From Octopus vulgaris (Eukaryota): DNA of 64,000 nucleotides. Shown here piece after piece: positions 39,150-51,630 of the stretch. The notes beneath the pieces were generated by a model. It was not told where the DNA came from. It searched no databases and was given only the letters and a program-made list of their open reading frames with translations. The DNA lies in assembly GCA_951406725.2 (NCBI GenBank), contig OX597833.1, forward strand, positions 37,820,001 through 37,884,000, read 5' to 3'. The first letter of the stretch is position 1. Each line of letters starts with the position of its first letter. The translations under genes and the position numbers were made by a program.

Positions 39150-41241
39150 TGAGAGTAGGAAAGAAGTCACCTAGGACAAAACATATTCACTGTTGAAAAT
39201 CAAAATGTACCATCTTCGCCATCTCTAACAGCAAATTCCATAACAACTATGGAATTTACACCTGCAATGCTGCGACGTCACCTTCAAAACTATGCCTCTG
39301 GTCTAGATGGCATTACATACCTGCTTCTCAAACGTGGCAGGTACTTCCTTTTACACTAGCTTTCTATTTTTTTTCCAGTACTGTCTCAACAATGGTGCTA
39401 CTCCGGAGCAGTGAAAAACTGCCAGTGTCATTCCTCTGTTCAAAAAGGGCGACCGCACATCACCTGTCAACTATCGCCCGGTCAGTCTCACTAGCTGTAT
39501 TGCAAAACTGATGGAATCGTGTGTCAGAGAAACACTTTGGAACTTCTGGAGCTCTCACAGTCTCATCCGACCCTCACAATATGGATTTGTCCCTAACTCC
39601 AGCTGCAGTGACCAGCTTGTCGAGTTCCTTGAGGACATTACTCAGATCACTGACAGTGGCTCATGGTTGGATGTTGTCTACCTTGACTTTGCTTAGGCTT
39701 TTAACTCTGTGCCACACAAAAGGCTTATGGTGAAACTCTCTGCAATGGGTGTGAAGGATGATCTTTTTAACTGGTTGAAATCCTTCATTCTCAGCCGAAA
39801 GGAGGTAGTCACAGTTCCAGGACAGCATTCTACACCATATGAGATGTCATCGGGTGTACCACAGGGATCTGTTCTTGGTCCCCTCTTGTTTGTGGCATAC
39901 ATTAATGACATAGATGCCAATTTAAAGAATGCCACAGTATTGAAATATGCAGACGACATCAAGCTGTACCTTGAAATCAAGAGGACAGATCCTGTTGTCT
40001 ACAGCTCTTTCCTGCAATCAGACCTGGACACAATGCAGCAATGGAGCACAGACTGGCTGTGGACAAGTGTACCACCATGCATTTTGGGAGAAAAAACCCT
40101 GCGTCCACATACTCCCTCCACAACACTGATATCAAGAAATCCTCTTGCGAGCGTGACCTAGGCATCACTGTCAGCAGTGATTTGCGTTGGACAAAGCATA
40201 TCTCTAAAATTGTCAAGAAGGCCGAGGGTGTCTTGGCATCACTCAGCAAGACTTTTGTTAGCCGCTCTCCAGCCATCTATTTAAAGCTGTATACAGCTAT
40301 GGTACGACCACACTTGGAATTCGCATCATCAGTTTGGAACCCCTATCTTGCTCAGAACATTGACCTCCTGGAATCTGTTCAGAGACGTGCAACCAAACGC
40401 ATACCCTCCATCAGACACTTACCATACTCTGAGTGCCTTGTTTCCCTGGGCATAGATTCACTGAAGCTCCGGCGTCTGGCGATGGACTTGGTAAACACCC
40501 ACAAAGTTATCAACCACCTCACCAACAACAACACTGAACACCTTTTTGATCTCCATGTGTCCAACACACGTGGACATGCCTACAAAGTCAGAAAACAGCA
40601 CAGCTCCCATGACTTTCGGAAACATTTTTTCACGCTCAGAGTTGCTGAAGTATGGAACAAACTGCCTGCGTCAGTTGTTGACTGCCATGACACTGCATCC
40701 TTTAAGGCCCTCATGCTTTCCGAAATCCGTCGAAACTACACCTGATTATACATACACTTTAGATGAGTTGTAGTGCACCTGAGCACTGTACACAACGTTT
40801 TATTATTATTATTATTATCAAAAGCCCTTAGGACAAAGTAGTAAAGTCTTGTATTCTGTTATTCTATTCTACTTAATTATTTTCGATTGAATATATTTTG
40901 TTTACTTAAAAATTGGAACTTTGGAAAATAAAAGTTTTTCTTTTACAACTGCGATTTCCGTTTTTGTTTACGTGAAATGATTTTAAAATAATTTTTTTAA
41001 AGATTTGGCTGTTATTTCTAGCATGTGGAGAGACCTTCTAGACTTCATGCGGTGGTTGAAAATCATTAAAAAAATTCTGGGGTCGATACATTCGACTAAA
41101 AATTCCAGAAGGTGGTGCACCAGCAAGGCCAGTCTAATGACTGCAACAAACAAAAAAAAAAGAAAAAAAGAATAACCGAAAAATATAACTGTGGGGCTTT
41201 TTCCGAGAGGCCTTTGTCCTAGGGAGCTTTTGTCCGGATCC
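39150..41241. mobile_element. Mutator/MuDR-like non-autonomous element carrying a CR1 insertion
   Basis: 9-bp TSD tgaatggat/tgagtggat (39141-39149, 41242-41250); both ends built of ggacaaaagc(c/t)c(c/t)-type subrepeats in inverted orientation. Confidence 0.6.
39181..40818 (+). pseudogene. 5'-truncated CR1-clade LINE ORF2 (reverse transcriptase), inactivated
   Basis: NYRPVSLTS, VYLDFA*AF, GVPQGSVLGPLLF, KYADD, VRPHLEFASSVWNP, ESVQRRATK; stops and a frameshift near 40050; (tta)n tail; caaaa on both flanks. Confidence 0.92.
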
Positions 41242-41277
41242 TGAGTGGATTTCGTACACAGAAACTGAAAGAAGCCA

Positions 41278-41358
<81 letters not shown>

Positions 41359-41393
41359 TGCCACCGCATGACAACCAACGCCCCAGTAACTTA

Positions 41394-42175
41394 GGGCGAT
41401 GTTTCGCATGTCGTAGCACAAGTTTCCGTCGATTTCCGTAAAAAAACTTTTATTTTTTTACGTAAGTAATGAGAGCGAAAGAGACTAAGAGGAAGCGATG
41501 TTATGACGAGGAAGTTTCTCTTTGAAGTGTGTGCGTGTGTGTTTGATGGGGTGTGGGAGACAGACAGTATGTTGTGTAAGTGAAGTGCTTCTGTTAGTGT
41601 GTGTGAAGAGACAGAGTAATGTGTGAAAGAAAGAGATAACTGAAATTTTTTACTCGGTGTATGTGTATATGTATGTATGCATGTATGTGTGTGTGTATGT
41701 ATCTATGTATGTGTATGCATGTGTGTGTGTATGTATCTATGTATGTGTGTGTATATATGTGTGTGTGTATGTATGTGTGTATGTATGTGTGTGTGTGTAT
41801 GTGTGTGTGTATGTATGTATGTATGGCCGATTCATCGTAATTACGATGAATCGGCCATACATACACACACACATACTTACACACACACACATACATAGAT
41901 ACATACACATACATGCATACATACATATACACATACACCGAGTAAAAAATTTCAGTTATCTCTCTCTTTCACACATTACTCTCTCTGTCTCTTCACACAC
42001 ACTAACAGAAGCACTTCACTTACACAACATACTGTGTGTCTCCCACACCCCATCAAACACACAAGCACACACTTCAAAGAGAAACTTCCTCGTCATAAAA
42101 TCGCTTCCTCTTAGTCTCTTTCGCTCTCATTACTTATGTAAAAAAATAAAAGTTTTTTACGGAAATCGACAGAAA
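41394..42175. mobile_element. Foldback (palindromic) element, zero-spacer inverted repeat centred at 41840/41841
   Basis: 41821-41860 is a perfect 40-bp palindrome; arms 41423-41656 and 41937-42175 are reverse complements with a few differences. Confidence 0.85.
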
Positions 42176-43318
42176 AAATATCAGGCTTTAAAATAAGTGC
42201 TGGGGTCGATTCGTTCGTCTAAAAATTCTTCAAAGTGGTTCCTCAGCATATTTGCAGTCCAATGAGTGAAACGAGTAAAAGATAAGAGATAACCTGAATT
42301 GTATTCTGCAAATTCTCAAGGCTCCTTATATACTGTTACTGACAACTGAAATCCAATGATAGAGTTATTGTTGTTTTCTTAGAAACCAGTTCTTTCTTAT
42401 CGGTAAATTTCAAAGAATTAAGCAAAAAACGTTTCAGGAATGTAACAAAGTGCTTGTAGTTCTTAACGTTTTGGGTTCAAATTCCGCCACATCTTTATAG
42501 AGGGGACTCGATAAAACAGCATAAGATACAAGACAAGTACTGGAGTTGATTTCTATAAAGCATTTTAAATGTGAGTGGAATTGTAACACTTCAAATAGAC
42601 CATACATACTTAGTGAACAACAGAAAGCGCACCAAAGCAAGAGCCCCGATAACTCTTTCCTTCGTTTCGCCCAACACATTCCGTGTTTTAATAGTTTTAG
42701 CCATTAGCGTAAAACACGTTGAGATTTGTATTCTTAAAAGGGAGACAACTTTAACGTTGCTATGGCATATCTATTATTGTCGCATTGCCATGAACTGCTT
42801 TGTATATGGAATCCAGAGAAATGTATTTTGTTTTCAAATGAAATCCACAGTAAATCGATATTATATGTCTGTGTGTGTGCGCGCGCATACGCACACGCTC
42901 ACACACATACACGCTCACGATTATACTTTTCGCACTATTAATTTTTGAAGATGAAAATATTTTAATTTTTTTTTCTACTCTAAACACAAGGCCCGAAATT
43001 TGGGGGGAAGGGGCCAGTCGATTAGTACGCAACTAGTACTTAATTTATCGACCCCGAAATGATGAAAGGCAAAGTATGCCCATGTAAAGGCGACTAGCTG
43101 GCAGAAGCGTTAGCACGCCGGCCAAAATGCTTAACGGTATTTCGTCCGTCTTTAGTTCTGAATTCAAATTCTGCCGAGGGTGAATTTGCCTTTCACGCTT
43201 TCGAAGTCGATGAAATAAATACGAGCTGAGCACTGGTGTCGATGTAATCAATTAGCCCCCTCCTCCGAAATTGCTTGCCCTGTGCCAAAATTCGAAACCA
43301 ATATTTATGTCTATGTTA

Positions 43319-43898
43319 AGGCGGCGAGCTGGCAGAACCGTTAGCACGCCGGGCGAAATGCTTACCGGTATTTCGTCTGCCGTTATGTTGTGAGTTCAAA
43401 TTCCGCCGAGGTCGACTTTGCCTTTCATCCTTTCGGGGTCGATAAATAAAGTACTAGTTACGCACTGGAGTCGATGTAATCGACTTAATACCTATGTCTG
43501 TTCTTGTTTGTCCACTATGTTTAGCCCCTTGTGGGTAATAAAGAAATAGGTATTTCGTCTGCCGTTACGTTGTGAGTTCAAATTCCGCCGAGGTCGACTT
43601 TGCCTCTCATCCTTTCGGGGTTGATTAAATAAGTATTAGTTACGCACTGGGGTCGATATAATCGACTTAATCCGTTTGTCTGTCCTTGTTTGTCCTCTCT
43701 GTGTTTATCCCCTTGTGGGTAGTAAGGAAATAGGTATTTCCTGTCTTCACGTTCTATGTTCAAATTCCACCAACGTCGATGTTGCCTTTCATCTTTTCGG
43801 AGTCGACAAAATAAGTTCCAGTTCATCACTGGAGGTCGATGTAATTGATTTACCCACTCCCCTAAAATTGCTGGCCTTGTGCCAAAATTTGAAATCAA
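43319..43898 (+). mobile_element. Family C SINE trimer (CpG-intact); monomer at 43088-43300 and dimer at 44090-44482
   Basis: One head followed by repeated ggtatttcgtctgcc...ccccttgtgggta(a/g)taaagaaata units. Confidence 0.85.
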
Positions 43899-44529
43899 TA
43901 TTTATGTCTGCGGTATATTTCGTTTGGCATGATCAGTCGACCGGTGATCAAAATGGGGTGTAGATATATTAAGACAATTTTTATCAATAAAAACGAGGTT
44001 AGTAATCATCAAAATTATAACTGTATTAACAAAATATAATAACTATTCTAAGGTATTTAGACATTTAGTATATAGACTTTCTTATGAATGCGGCGAGCTG
44101 GCAAAAACATTAGCCTGCCGGCCAAAATGCTTTGCGGTATTTCGTCTGCCGCTACATTCTGAGTTCAAATTCCGCTGATGTCGACTTTGCCTTTCATCCT
44201 TTCGGGGTCGATTAAATAAGTACCAGTTATGCACTGGGTTCGATGTAATCGACTTAATCCGTTTGTCTGTCCTTGTTTGTCCCTTCTGTGTTTAACCCCT
44301 TGTGGGTAGTAAAGAAATAGGTATTTCGTCTGCCTTTACGTTCTGAGTTCAAATTCCGCCGAGGTCGACTTTGTCTTTCGGGGTCGATAAATTAAGTACC
44401 AGTTGTATATTGAGGGAGGGGTCGATCTAATCGACTGGCCCCTCCCTAAAAATTTCGGGCTTTGTGTCTAGAGTAGAAAAGAATATATAGACTTTCTTAT
44501 GGTTAAGAAGTTCGTTTCACAACTATATG

Positions 44530-44754
44530 CAGAGTTGGTCAATTGACAGTAAATCAAAACCATTTAATTTCAAGATTTGTCTATGTTTAACAACTGAACG
44601 AATTTAATAAAAGCATCTAAATATGAAACATCATGAAAATTATTCAAAGTGAAGTCCTTCTTGAGTGATACATTTTCCATTCAAGACAACACAGAGTTAC
44701 AGATAGTATTTATGAAATTTTGAATTACTGTCGGGGGACTTTTGGCCAACCCTG
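44530..44754. mobile_element. Tc1/mariner-type MITE
   Basis: cagagttggtcaa ... ttggccaaccctg-ta inverted ends. Confidence 0.55.
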
Positions 44755-46530
44755 TATATACATGTGGTAAGGAGCTTGCTTCCCAAGCACTTTGGGTCAT
44801 CCAAAGCCTTGTGAATTACTTTAGCAGAAGGAAACTGAAAGAAGCCTGTCATGTGTGTGTTTGTCCACCACCACCACCACCACCACCACCTCACAACTGG
44901 CCAATAGTATAAGTAGCTGGCTTTAAAAAAAAATAGGTACTGAAAACAATTCATTCCCCTAAAAATTCAAGGTAGTGCCCCAGCATGGCCACAGTTTGAT
45001 TCAAACAAGTAAAAGATAAAAGATATTATTATCATCATTTAGCATCTATGTTCCAAGCAGGCATGGGTTAGACTTTTACCTGTGGACCCCTTTGATTTCT
45101 ATTTCACTCTACTGAACTCCCACAGCCATTTGAAGTTTTTAAAAAATCCCATTATTTTTATACTTGAATATTATTAGGAATTGTAGGAAAAAAACTATTA
45201 AAATATTTTATGCATTGTAAAGTCATGCTATCAGCACTAATGTGACTGTCATGCAGTTTGCAAGACTACAAACCCTGAGGAGACAACTTCATGCAAGGAG
45301 ATGAAGAGCAAAAGATGAGTAAAACTATAAGAGAAGGGCTAGAGCAGAACTGGTTTCTTGTTATAGGACATGCCTGTCACTAAGGGGGTGCACTGGATGG
45401 TACTGCTCCCACACAATTCAATGGTGCACCCTCAGATTTAGAAAATACAGATTACAAAAATCTTCCCACAATATAAATTAGTGCCCACCCAGAATATTCT
45501 GAAGCACCCCCAGGCACCAAAATCTGGTGATGGGCCTGCTGTAGAGGAGTTCCTATGACTACTCACATTTTAAAAGAGAAGGTGGAAGTGATCAAGCAGG
45601 GCCAGAGTTTCTAGGCAAAGGAAAAGAGTGACAGTGCTGCATAGCAGAAAAGTAACGATGAAACAGTAGACAGGAGAAGTATAAGGGAGGTATGATTTTA
45701 GGTAGGTTGCAGGAGTGGTTGGAGAAGAGAGAAGCAGTATAACCACAGTCCAATGGCTGAAATCTGTAAAAGAAAGTGTGCAGAACTTATTACTGAATGT
45801 TGTGCTGACACTTGTCCTGTTCACAGTCCAAATGTACACTAGTGTTGACACCAAATGTGGCACTCTACCTGAATAATTAGCACACCAGATAAAATGTTTA
45901 ATGGCATTTCTTCTTGCTTTACATTCTCAGTTCAAATTCTGCTGAGGTCAGTTTTGCCTTTCATCCTTTCAAAGTTGATAAAATATGTACCAGTTGTGCA
46001 CTGCGGTCGATGTAATCAACTTACTCCCTCTCCTGAAATTGCTGGCCTGCTACCAAAATTTGAAACCATAATTATTATTATTATTTCTTTTTATCTCATG
46101 TTTTATTGTGACTCCAAGAGTCTTGTATGCATATCAGGCTTGCTGCCTGCAGCCTATGGTACCATGCTATCTGTTCTTTTCAACTATCTAATACTTACCT
46201 TTTGTAACAGTTCTATTGGGTACTATATTCCAATTTCCTTTATATTCTTATTGATGCCTTCTGATACTGTTCCCAAGTACCCAACAATAATTGGCACTGT
46301 CCTCACCTTCTTCATTTGCCATAGCCAGGCTATTTCATACTTAAGAGGATTGTATATATCTATTTTTTTTGGCACCCTTCTTGACTAGTCAAGGGTTAAA
46401 GGGACACACAAATCAACTATATACCACATGTGGTGCATCTTCTCTACCACCACTAAGTCCATGATGAAGGCAGAAAACTGACAGAATTGTTAGCATGCTG
46501 GACAAGATGCTTAGTGACATTTCATCCTTC

Positions 46531-46863
46531 TGTAGCAGCACAAGCAGTCAGTGCCATATTGGATGAGATCTCGCGGCAGCCATTGCCATCTCCAAGACTG
46601 GAGCGAGACCTCACCTGCATCCATTTGCTATGCACGAGATCACAACAAGGCTCGCAATGGCAAACTGATATAAGGGCAAAATAGAAACAGATTCAGCCTT
46701 TTTTTTCCACCTCTTGGCAGCAGCGCTTGCTGATCGCACTCCATTGGCTGATTACAATCGCCGTCCTTATCATTAGTATCATGCTTTTGATCCTGTTGTG
46801 TATACCGAGGTTGATATCGAATTTTTTAGCTGTCCAAATTTCGTAACCTCGCCCCTTTCTACA
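46531..46863 (+). mobile_element. LTR-like element inserted in a family C SINE
   Basis: TGTAG...CTACA termini, TATA-like gatataaggg, CpG-rich; host SINE resumes near 47335. Confidence 0.5.
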
Positions 46864-47687
46864 TGCAATCGTTCACGCTTCTTTTTAGTACTTTTCAATG
46901 TAGATGGTTATAACTTTTAAATACTTTTATTGCTTTAAAAACATAATTGCAGATAAAATGCAACTTAAAATTTTAAATACAGAGGAGTATTAGAGATTTA
47001 ATTATCATTTTTTAATAATTGTAATATCTTCATTATATTTTACTTGTTTCAGTCATTAGACTGCGCTCATTCTGGAGCATCACATTGTACTTATGTTGTA
47101 CCCCCAGAGGCAATGTGCCCACACTAACAGAGCTACTACACAGCTAAAGATGATTGCTGAGAGCAGCACACTTCACCTATCCTGTGAAACCTGTAAATAA
47201 ACCAGTTGTAAATTGCATTTTTACTTGAAGTCTTCTCTCTTCACCTACCGGAGCCTGAACTACACAAAGAACAAAAAGAGATAATGTAGGAAGGCGATAT
47301 TCTCCCGATATCGTAAACCTTGCCGTCCATTATACTTCTTTATGTTCTGAGTTCAAATACCACGGACACTGAGTTTGCCTTTCATCTTTCCAAGGTTGAT
47401 AAATTAAGTACAAGTGAAACACCGGGGGTCAATGTAATCAACTAGTCCCCTCCACCAAAATTTCAGGCCTTGTGCCTTTAGTGGAAAAGATTATTATTAT
47501 TACCATTGTCATCGTCCTCACCAGTCAACTATCTAAATGATTAACAAGTCTGATTACTCCTTCAAATGAAATCTAATTATATTGGTGAGATGGATACATT
47601 TCAACTCTACACCATCTACAAATTTTGTAACTTTGAACCTATAAGAGAAAATATTTTGTACTTTTGTTGTTGTTTTTTTTTTAATAT

Positions 47688-48080
47688 GAAGTGGCTGTGT
47701 GGTAAGTAGCTTGCTTACGAACCACATGGTCCTGGGTTCAGTCTCACTGCATGGCACCTTGGGCAAGTGTCTTCTACTATAGCCTCAGGCTGACCAAAGC
47801 TTTGTGAGTGGATTTGGTAGACAGAAACTTAAAGAAGCCCGTCGTATATATGTATATATATATCTATGTGTATGTATATATGTTTGTGTGTCTGTGTTTT
47901 CCCTCCCAACATTGCTTGACAACCGATGCTGGTGTGTTTACGTCCCCAAAACTAAGCGGTTCAGCAAAAGAGACTGATAGAATAAGTACTAGGCTTACAA
48001 AGAATAAGTCATAGGGTCAATTTGCTCGACTAAAATCGGTGCTCCAGCATGGCCACAAATAAGAGTAAAAAGAGTAAGAG
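47688..48080 (+). mobile_element. SINE family A copy
   Basis: Family motifs; followed by (gca)n(gta)n microsatellite. Confidence 0.8.
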
Positions 48081-48144
48081 TATAATGAAAGCAGCAGCAG
48101 TAGCAGGAACAGCAGCAGCAGCAGCAGCAGCAGCAGTCGTAGTC

Positions 48145-48188
<44 letters not shown>

Positions 48189-48823
48189 CAGTTAATTAGT
48201 GAAAGCATAATTAACTTTTTGTTAAAAATCAAACATATTACTTGCTAGGCAAACCTCTTTTATGTTTCTCTAATCTCTAGAGAATGTCAAGAGCCCAAAG
48301 AAGTAGATTTTCTATTCTTCACAGCTATTAATTATGTATGACATTCCATGACCTCTCTTTCCCATTTATTGTTGCTGACATAGACCCTCGGTGGCACTTC
48401 TCGGATTCTGGAATTTAGCCCAATATGTGGTTGGTTTAGTAAGTACCCAAAGTAACATTGAAATAATCTCCTGACATTATTTATTTTTCAGGGTAGAAAT
48501 AGCTGATTATGTATAAGGGTAAATAAATGAAAAAACAGACAGAAAGAGAAAATGAAATAAGCAGAACAAGAAGAGACATGTAACGTGGAATAAAGAGTCA
48601 CTGAAGAGGGCACAGAATGTGTGACAAAAGAACTTTGACAAAGAAGCTAAAATAAAGATAATAAAGCTGAAGACAAGACCAAATATGTAGAGCATGTGTT
48701 TAACTGGCAAAACATGACCATACCCAAATATAACAATTCCTGTTTCAACATATAATTTCACATCAAGAATCTTGCAAAACAATTGACTCACTGTTTATTT
48801 TTTAACTGACTATTTTACAGATA

Positions 48824-49133
48824 TGGAGGCACATGGCCTAATGGTTAGAGCAGTGGACTCACGGTCAAGGGATCATGGGTTTGAATCTCAGACCAGGTGA
48901 TGTGTGTGTTTATGAGTGAAGCACCTAAGCTCCATGCAGTTCCGGCAGAAGGTAATAGCGAACTTCTGCTGACTCTTTCGCCACAACTTTCACTCACTTT
49001 TTCCTCCTGCATCTTGCAGCTCACCTGTGACGAACCAGCGTCCCATCCAGGTGGGGAACCTATATGCCAAGGAAACCAGGAAACCAGGAAACCGGCTCTT
49101 ATGAGCCAGGCATGGCTCGAGAAGGAACAAACA
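48824..49133 (+). mobile_element. Full-length tRNA-derived SINE of a distinct family (octopus OR/OK-like)
   Basis: A box tggcctaatgg, B box ggtttgaatct, 12-bp TSD attttacagata (48812-48823, 49134-49145). Confidence 0.8.
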
Positions 49134-49757
49134 ATTTTACAGATAAATATTGAAGCAATGTAAGGTATTCAGTACTAAAATAAATAAATACAGGGGCCTG
49201 ACCAGCTGCTATTGGTATGTGCTGGTCACTGTTGAGACATCAGGTGTTCTTGGACCCCATACTACGGACTTCCTCCACAAAATAGGGATAACAGTGGCTT
49301 GTTGGAAAAATGAGTCCTGTGAGGTAGAGAGACAGCTGCAGCAGCCATTCTCCATAGCAACATTATCATGATCATTATCGTGGGATGCAGATGAATACAC
49401 CATTTGTTTTGGGGTATGTGGCCTATCACTCCCTCCCCATCTATCTTCTGCTGCTCTTACCCCTGCTTTTTTTTTTTCTTTTCTTTCTTTTCCTTTTTTA
49501 TCCCGTTTCTCTTGTTTCTTTGTATTTAAATTTGTTATAATTTAAAATAAACAATGCTGTCGCTTAATGGATAAAGGCAGAAATGTGTTTACAATTTGAG
49601 TGGTTATGAGTAGACATGATGTTGTGAATATTAATCTGTCTGTCTGTCTGTCTGTCTGTATGTATGTATGTATGTATGTATGTATGTATGTATGTACTCT
49701 TTTACTCTTTTACTTGTTTCAGTCATTTGACTGCGGCCATGCTGGAGCACCGCCTTT

Positions 49758-49846
<89 letters not shown>

Positions 49847-50617
49847 TAGATATATATAGCTAGGGAAATTTATTTAGAACATTCTCACTCCGTATAACAT
49901 AAATATAGTATATGTACATATCTACTCACCGAATGTGTGTGGTAGTGGGAGGAGAGAGAGTCATGGAGAGCAGAGGGATAGAAGCAACAGAAGAAAGTGT
50001 TAGGGAAGGAAAGAGAGAGAGAGACAGAGAAGCAAGAGACAGAAATAGACGTCACACAAAAGATATTCCAAGAATATGCTACAAATGACTAAAAAGAAAC
50101 ATAAAGCTTCTGTCCTTCTCCCCTCAACAACTCTTTCTCTCTCTTCCCACATGATCCATGACCATTCATACCTCTCTCATACTTTTTCATTTTACCATTG
50201 ACTTTGTTGATCATGTTTCCCTGTGCTTCTGCACTTTTCCTACATGGTCTGTTTACTTCAACCTTTGTTCTTCAGGAAAATGTTCTACAGGACATTTTCA
50301 TTTTCCTTTGCATTATCCTATTTTCAGCCACATGGTCTTTTTTTTTTTTTGCTGTTGTATAATTTTAATTTGTCATGTTTGTTTTTGTCCTTGTTCTGTA
50401 CATTCGTTGGCTGTTCCCAGTGTCTTTTCACCACTGGAACCACCAAAAGTGAACAATATCAGCGTTAAAGGCATGAAATTGTAAGGAACTTTCAGACGTT
50501 GACTGATAAGGAATTGGCTTTGAATTTTCTGTTTGTTGTGTTTTTGTTAAATTTTTGAAACATTATTTATGTAACACTACACACTTGTAATTTTTTTACT
50601 CATTTGTATATATATAT

Positions 50618-51183
50618 ATGGGTTGTCTGGAAAGTTCATGCTGATTTATAGTAGCTTACCTTTCAACTTATTTTAGAACATGGTTGAGTCCATAAAATAG
50701 GATTTGACTACACTTCCATTTAGAGCACAGTTTAAGCTATCTTTTCGTGGAAGAAGGTTATGTTCCTATAACCTGTGTTAATTCTGTAGCCCTTTAAAAT
50801 GGAAGATAAGAAAATTCATTTTCGGCACTTGATGCTTTGGGAACCAGATAAAAGTTGCTGCAGCTCGGCTGGGATGTGTTACCCTACCCTCCATATTCAC
50901 CAGATATTGCTCCTTCAGATTTCCACTTATTCAGGTCTCTGCAGAATAGTCTTAATGGTAAAGATTTCAATACCTTGGATGACATAAAAAGATACCTTGA
51001 TGAATTCTTTGCCATGAAACCACCTCAATTCTGGGAAGAGGGTATTTTCAAGTTAAAGGAAAGATGGAGATGTATTGTGCAACAAAATGGTTCATATTTG
51101 GTTGATTAAAAATATAATGGGAAGTATTTATTGACCTTTTTCTTTCCTTTAAAAATCGGCACAAACTTTCCGGACAACCCAAT
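50618..51183 (+). mobile_element. Internally deleted mariner transposon
   Basis: TIRs gggttgtctggaaagtt/aactttccggacaaccc; transposase N-terminus MEDKKIHFRHLMLWE joined to C-terminus LPYPPYSPDIAPSDFHLF...ERWRCIVQQNGSY. Confidence 0.92.
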
Positions 51184-51289
51184 GATATATATATATATGC
51201 TTACAATGTCTGATAGAGCAGGATATGGTCTAGTCAACTGCATAGTTACTCAGGTTATTCATGAAGATGTAGCATCATAGCCAGCTGCT

Positions 51290-51630
51290 ACAAGGGTAAG
51301 AGAAATGCCTCAGAGAAGAAGATTGTATGGTGCATGTGTTTGAATAGCAATGCCTCATGGTAATGAGATGTAGGCCCTGAATGCAAAGGACATGAAAAGT
51401 GGAGAGGAATGATGCTGGTATGCTGCACTGGATGTGAAATATCAGTGTACATGTGCATCAGAGCACTAATGTTTTGATGGAAAAGTTGGGAATAAGAGGA
51501 ATTAGATGCAGTGAGCAAGTGAGAAGACTGTGCCAGTTTGGCCATGTGATGCACATGGATGTAGACAGTTGCATACAGAAGTGCTGATCACTTATAGTGG
51601 ATGGAACTTGTGGAAGATATGGGACGACGA
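51290..51630 (+). mobile_element. RTE LINE ORF2 fragment
   Basis: RRLCQFGHVMHMDVDSCIQKC..IVDGTCGR (RLRWFGHV-like); similar scrap at 3705-3800 on the minus strand. Confidence 0.55.

Larger units (their letters stand above)
37362..42290 (+). mobile_element. Single family A SINE split into four pieces by nested insertions
   Basis: Collinear SINE pieces at 37362-37389, 39100-39149, 41242-41393 and 42181-42290. Confidence 0.75.

Noticed and set aside
39709-40745. Active or domesticated reverse transcriptase gene
   Set aside because: 5'-truncated, with in-frame stops (e.g. 39694) and a frameshift near 40050; an ordinary dead LINE copy
41423-42175. Assembly fold-back artefact
   Set aside because: Arms differ by substitutions and microsatellite length, and the host SINE continues collinearly on both sides
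45894-46388. 164-aa hydrophobic ORF
   Set aside because: Runs through a family C SINE into what appears to be antisense retroelement sequence; no splice or homology support
48824-48900. tRNA gene
   Set aside because: The tRNA-like head continues into a SINE body bounded by a TSD; no proper acceptor stem
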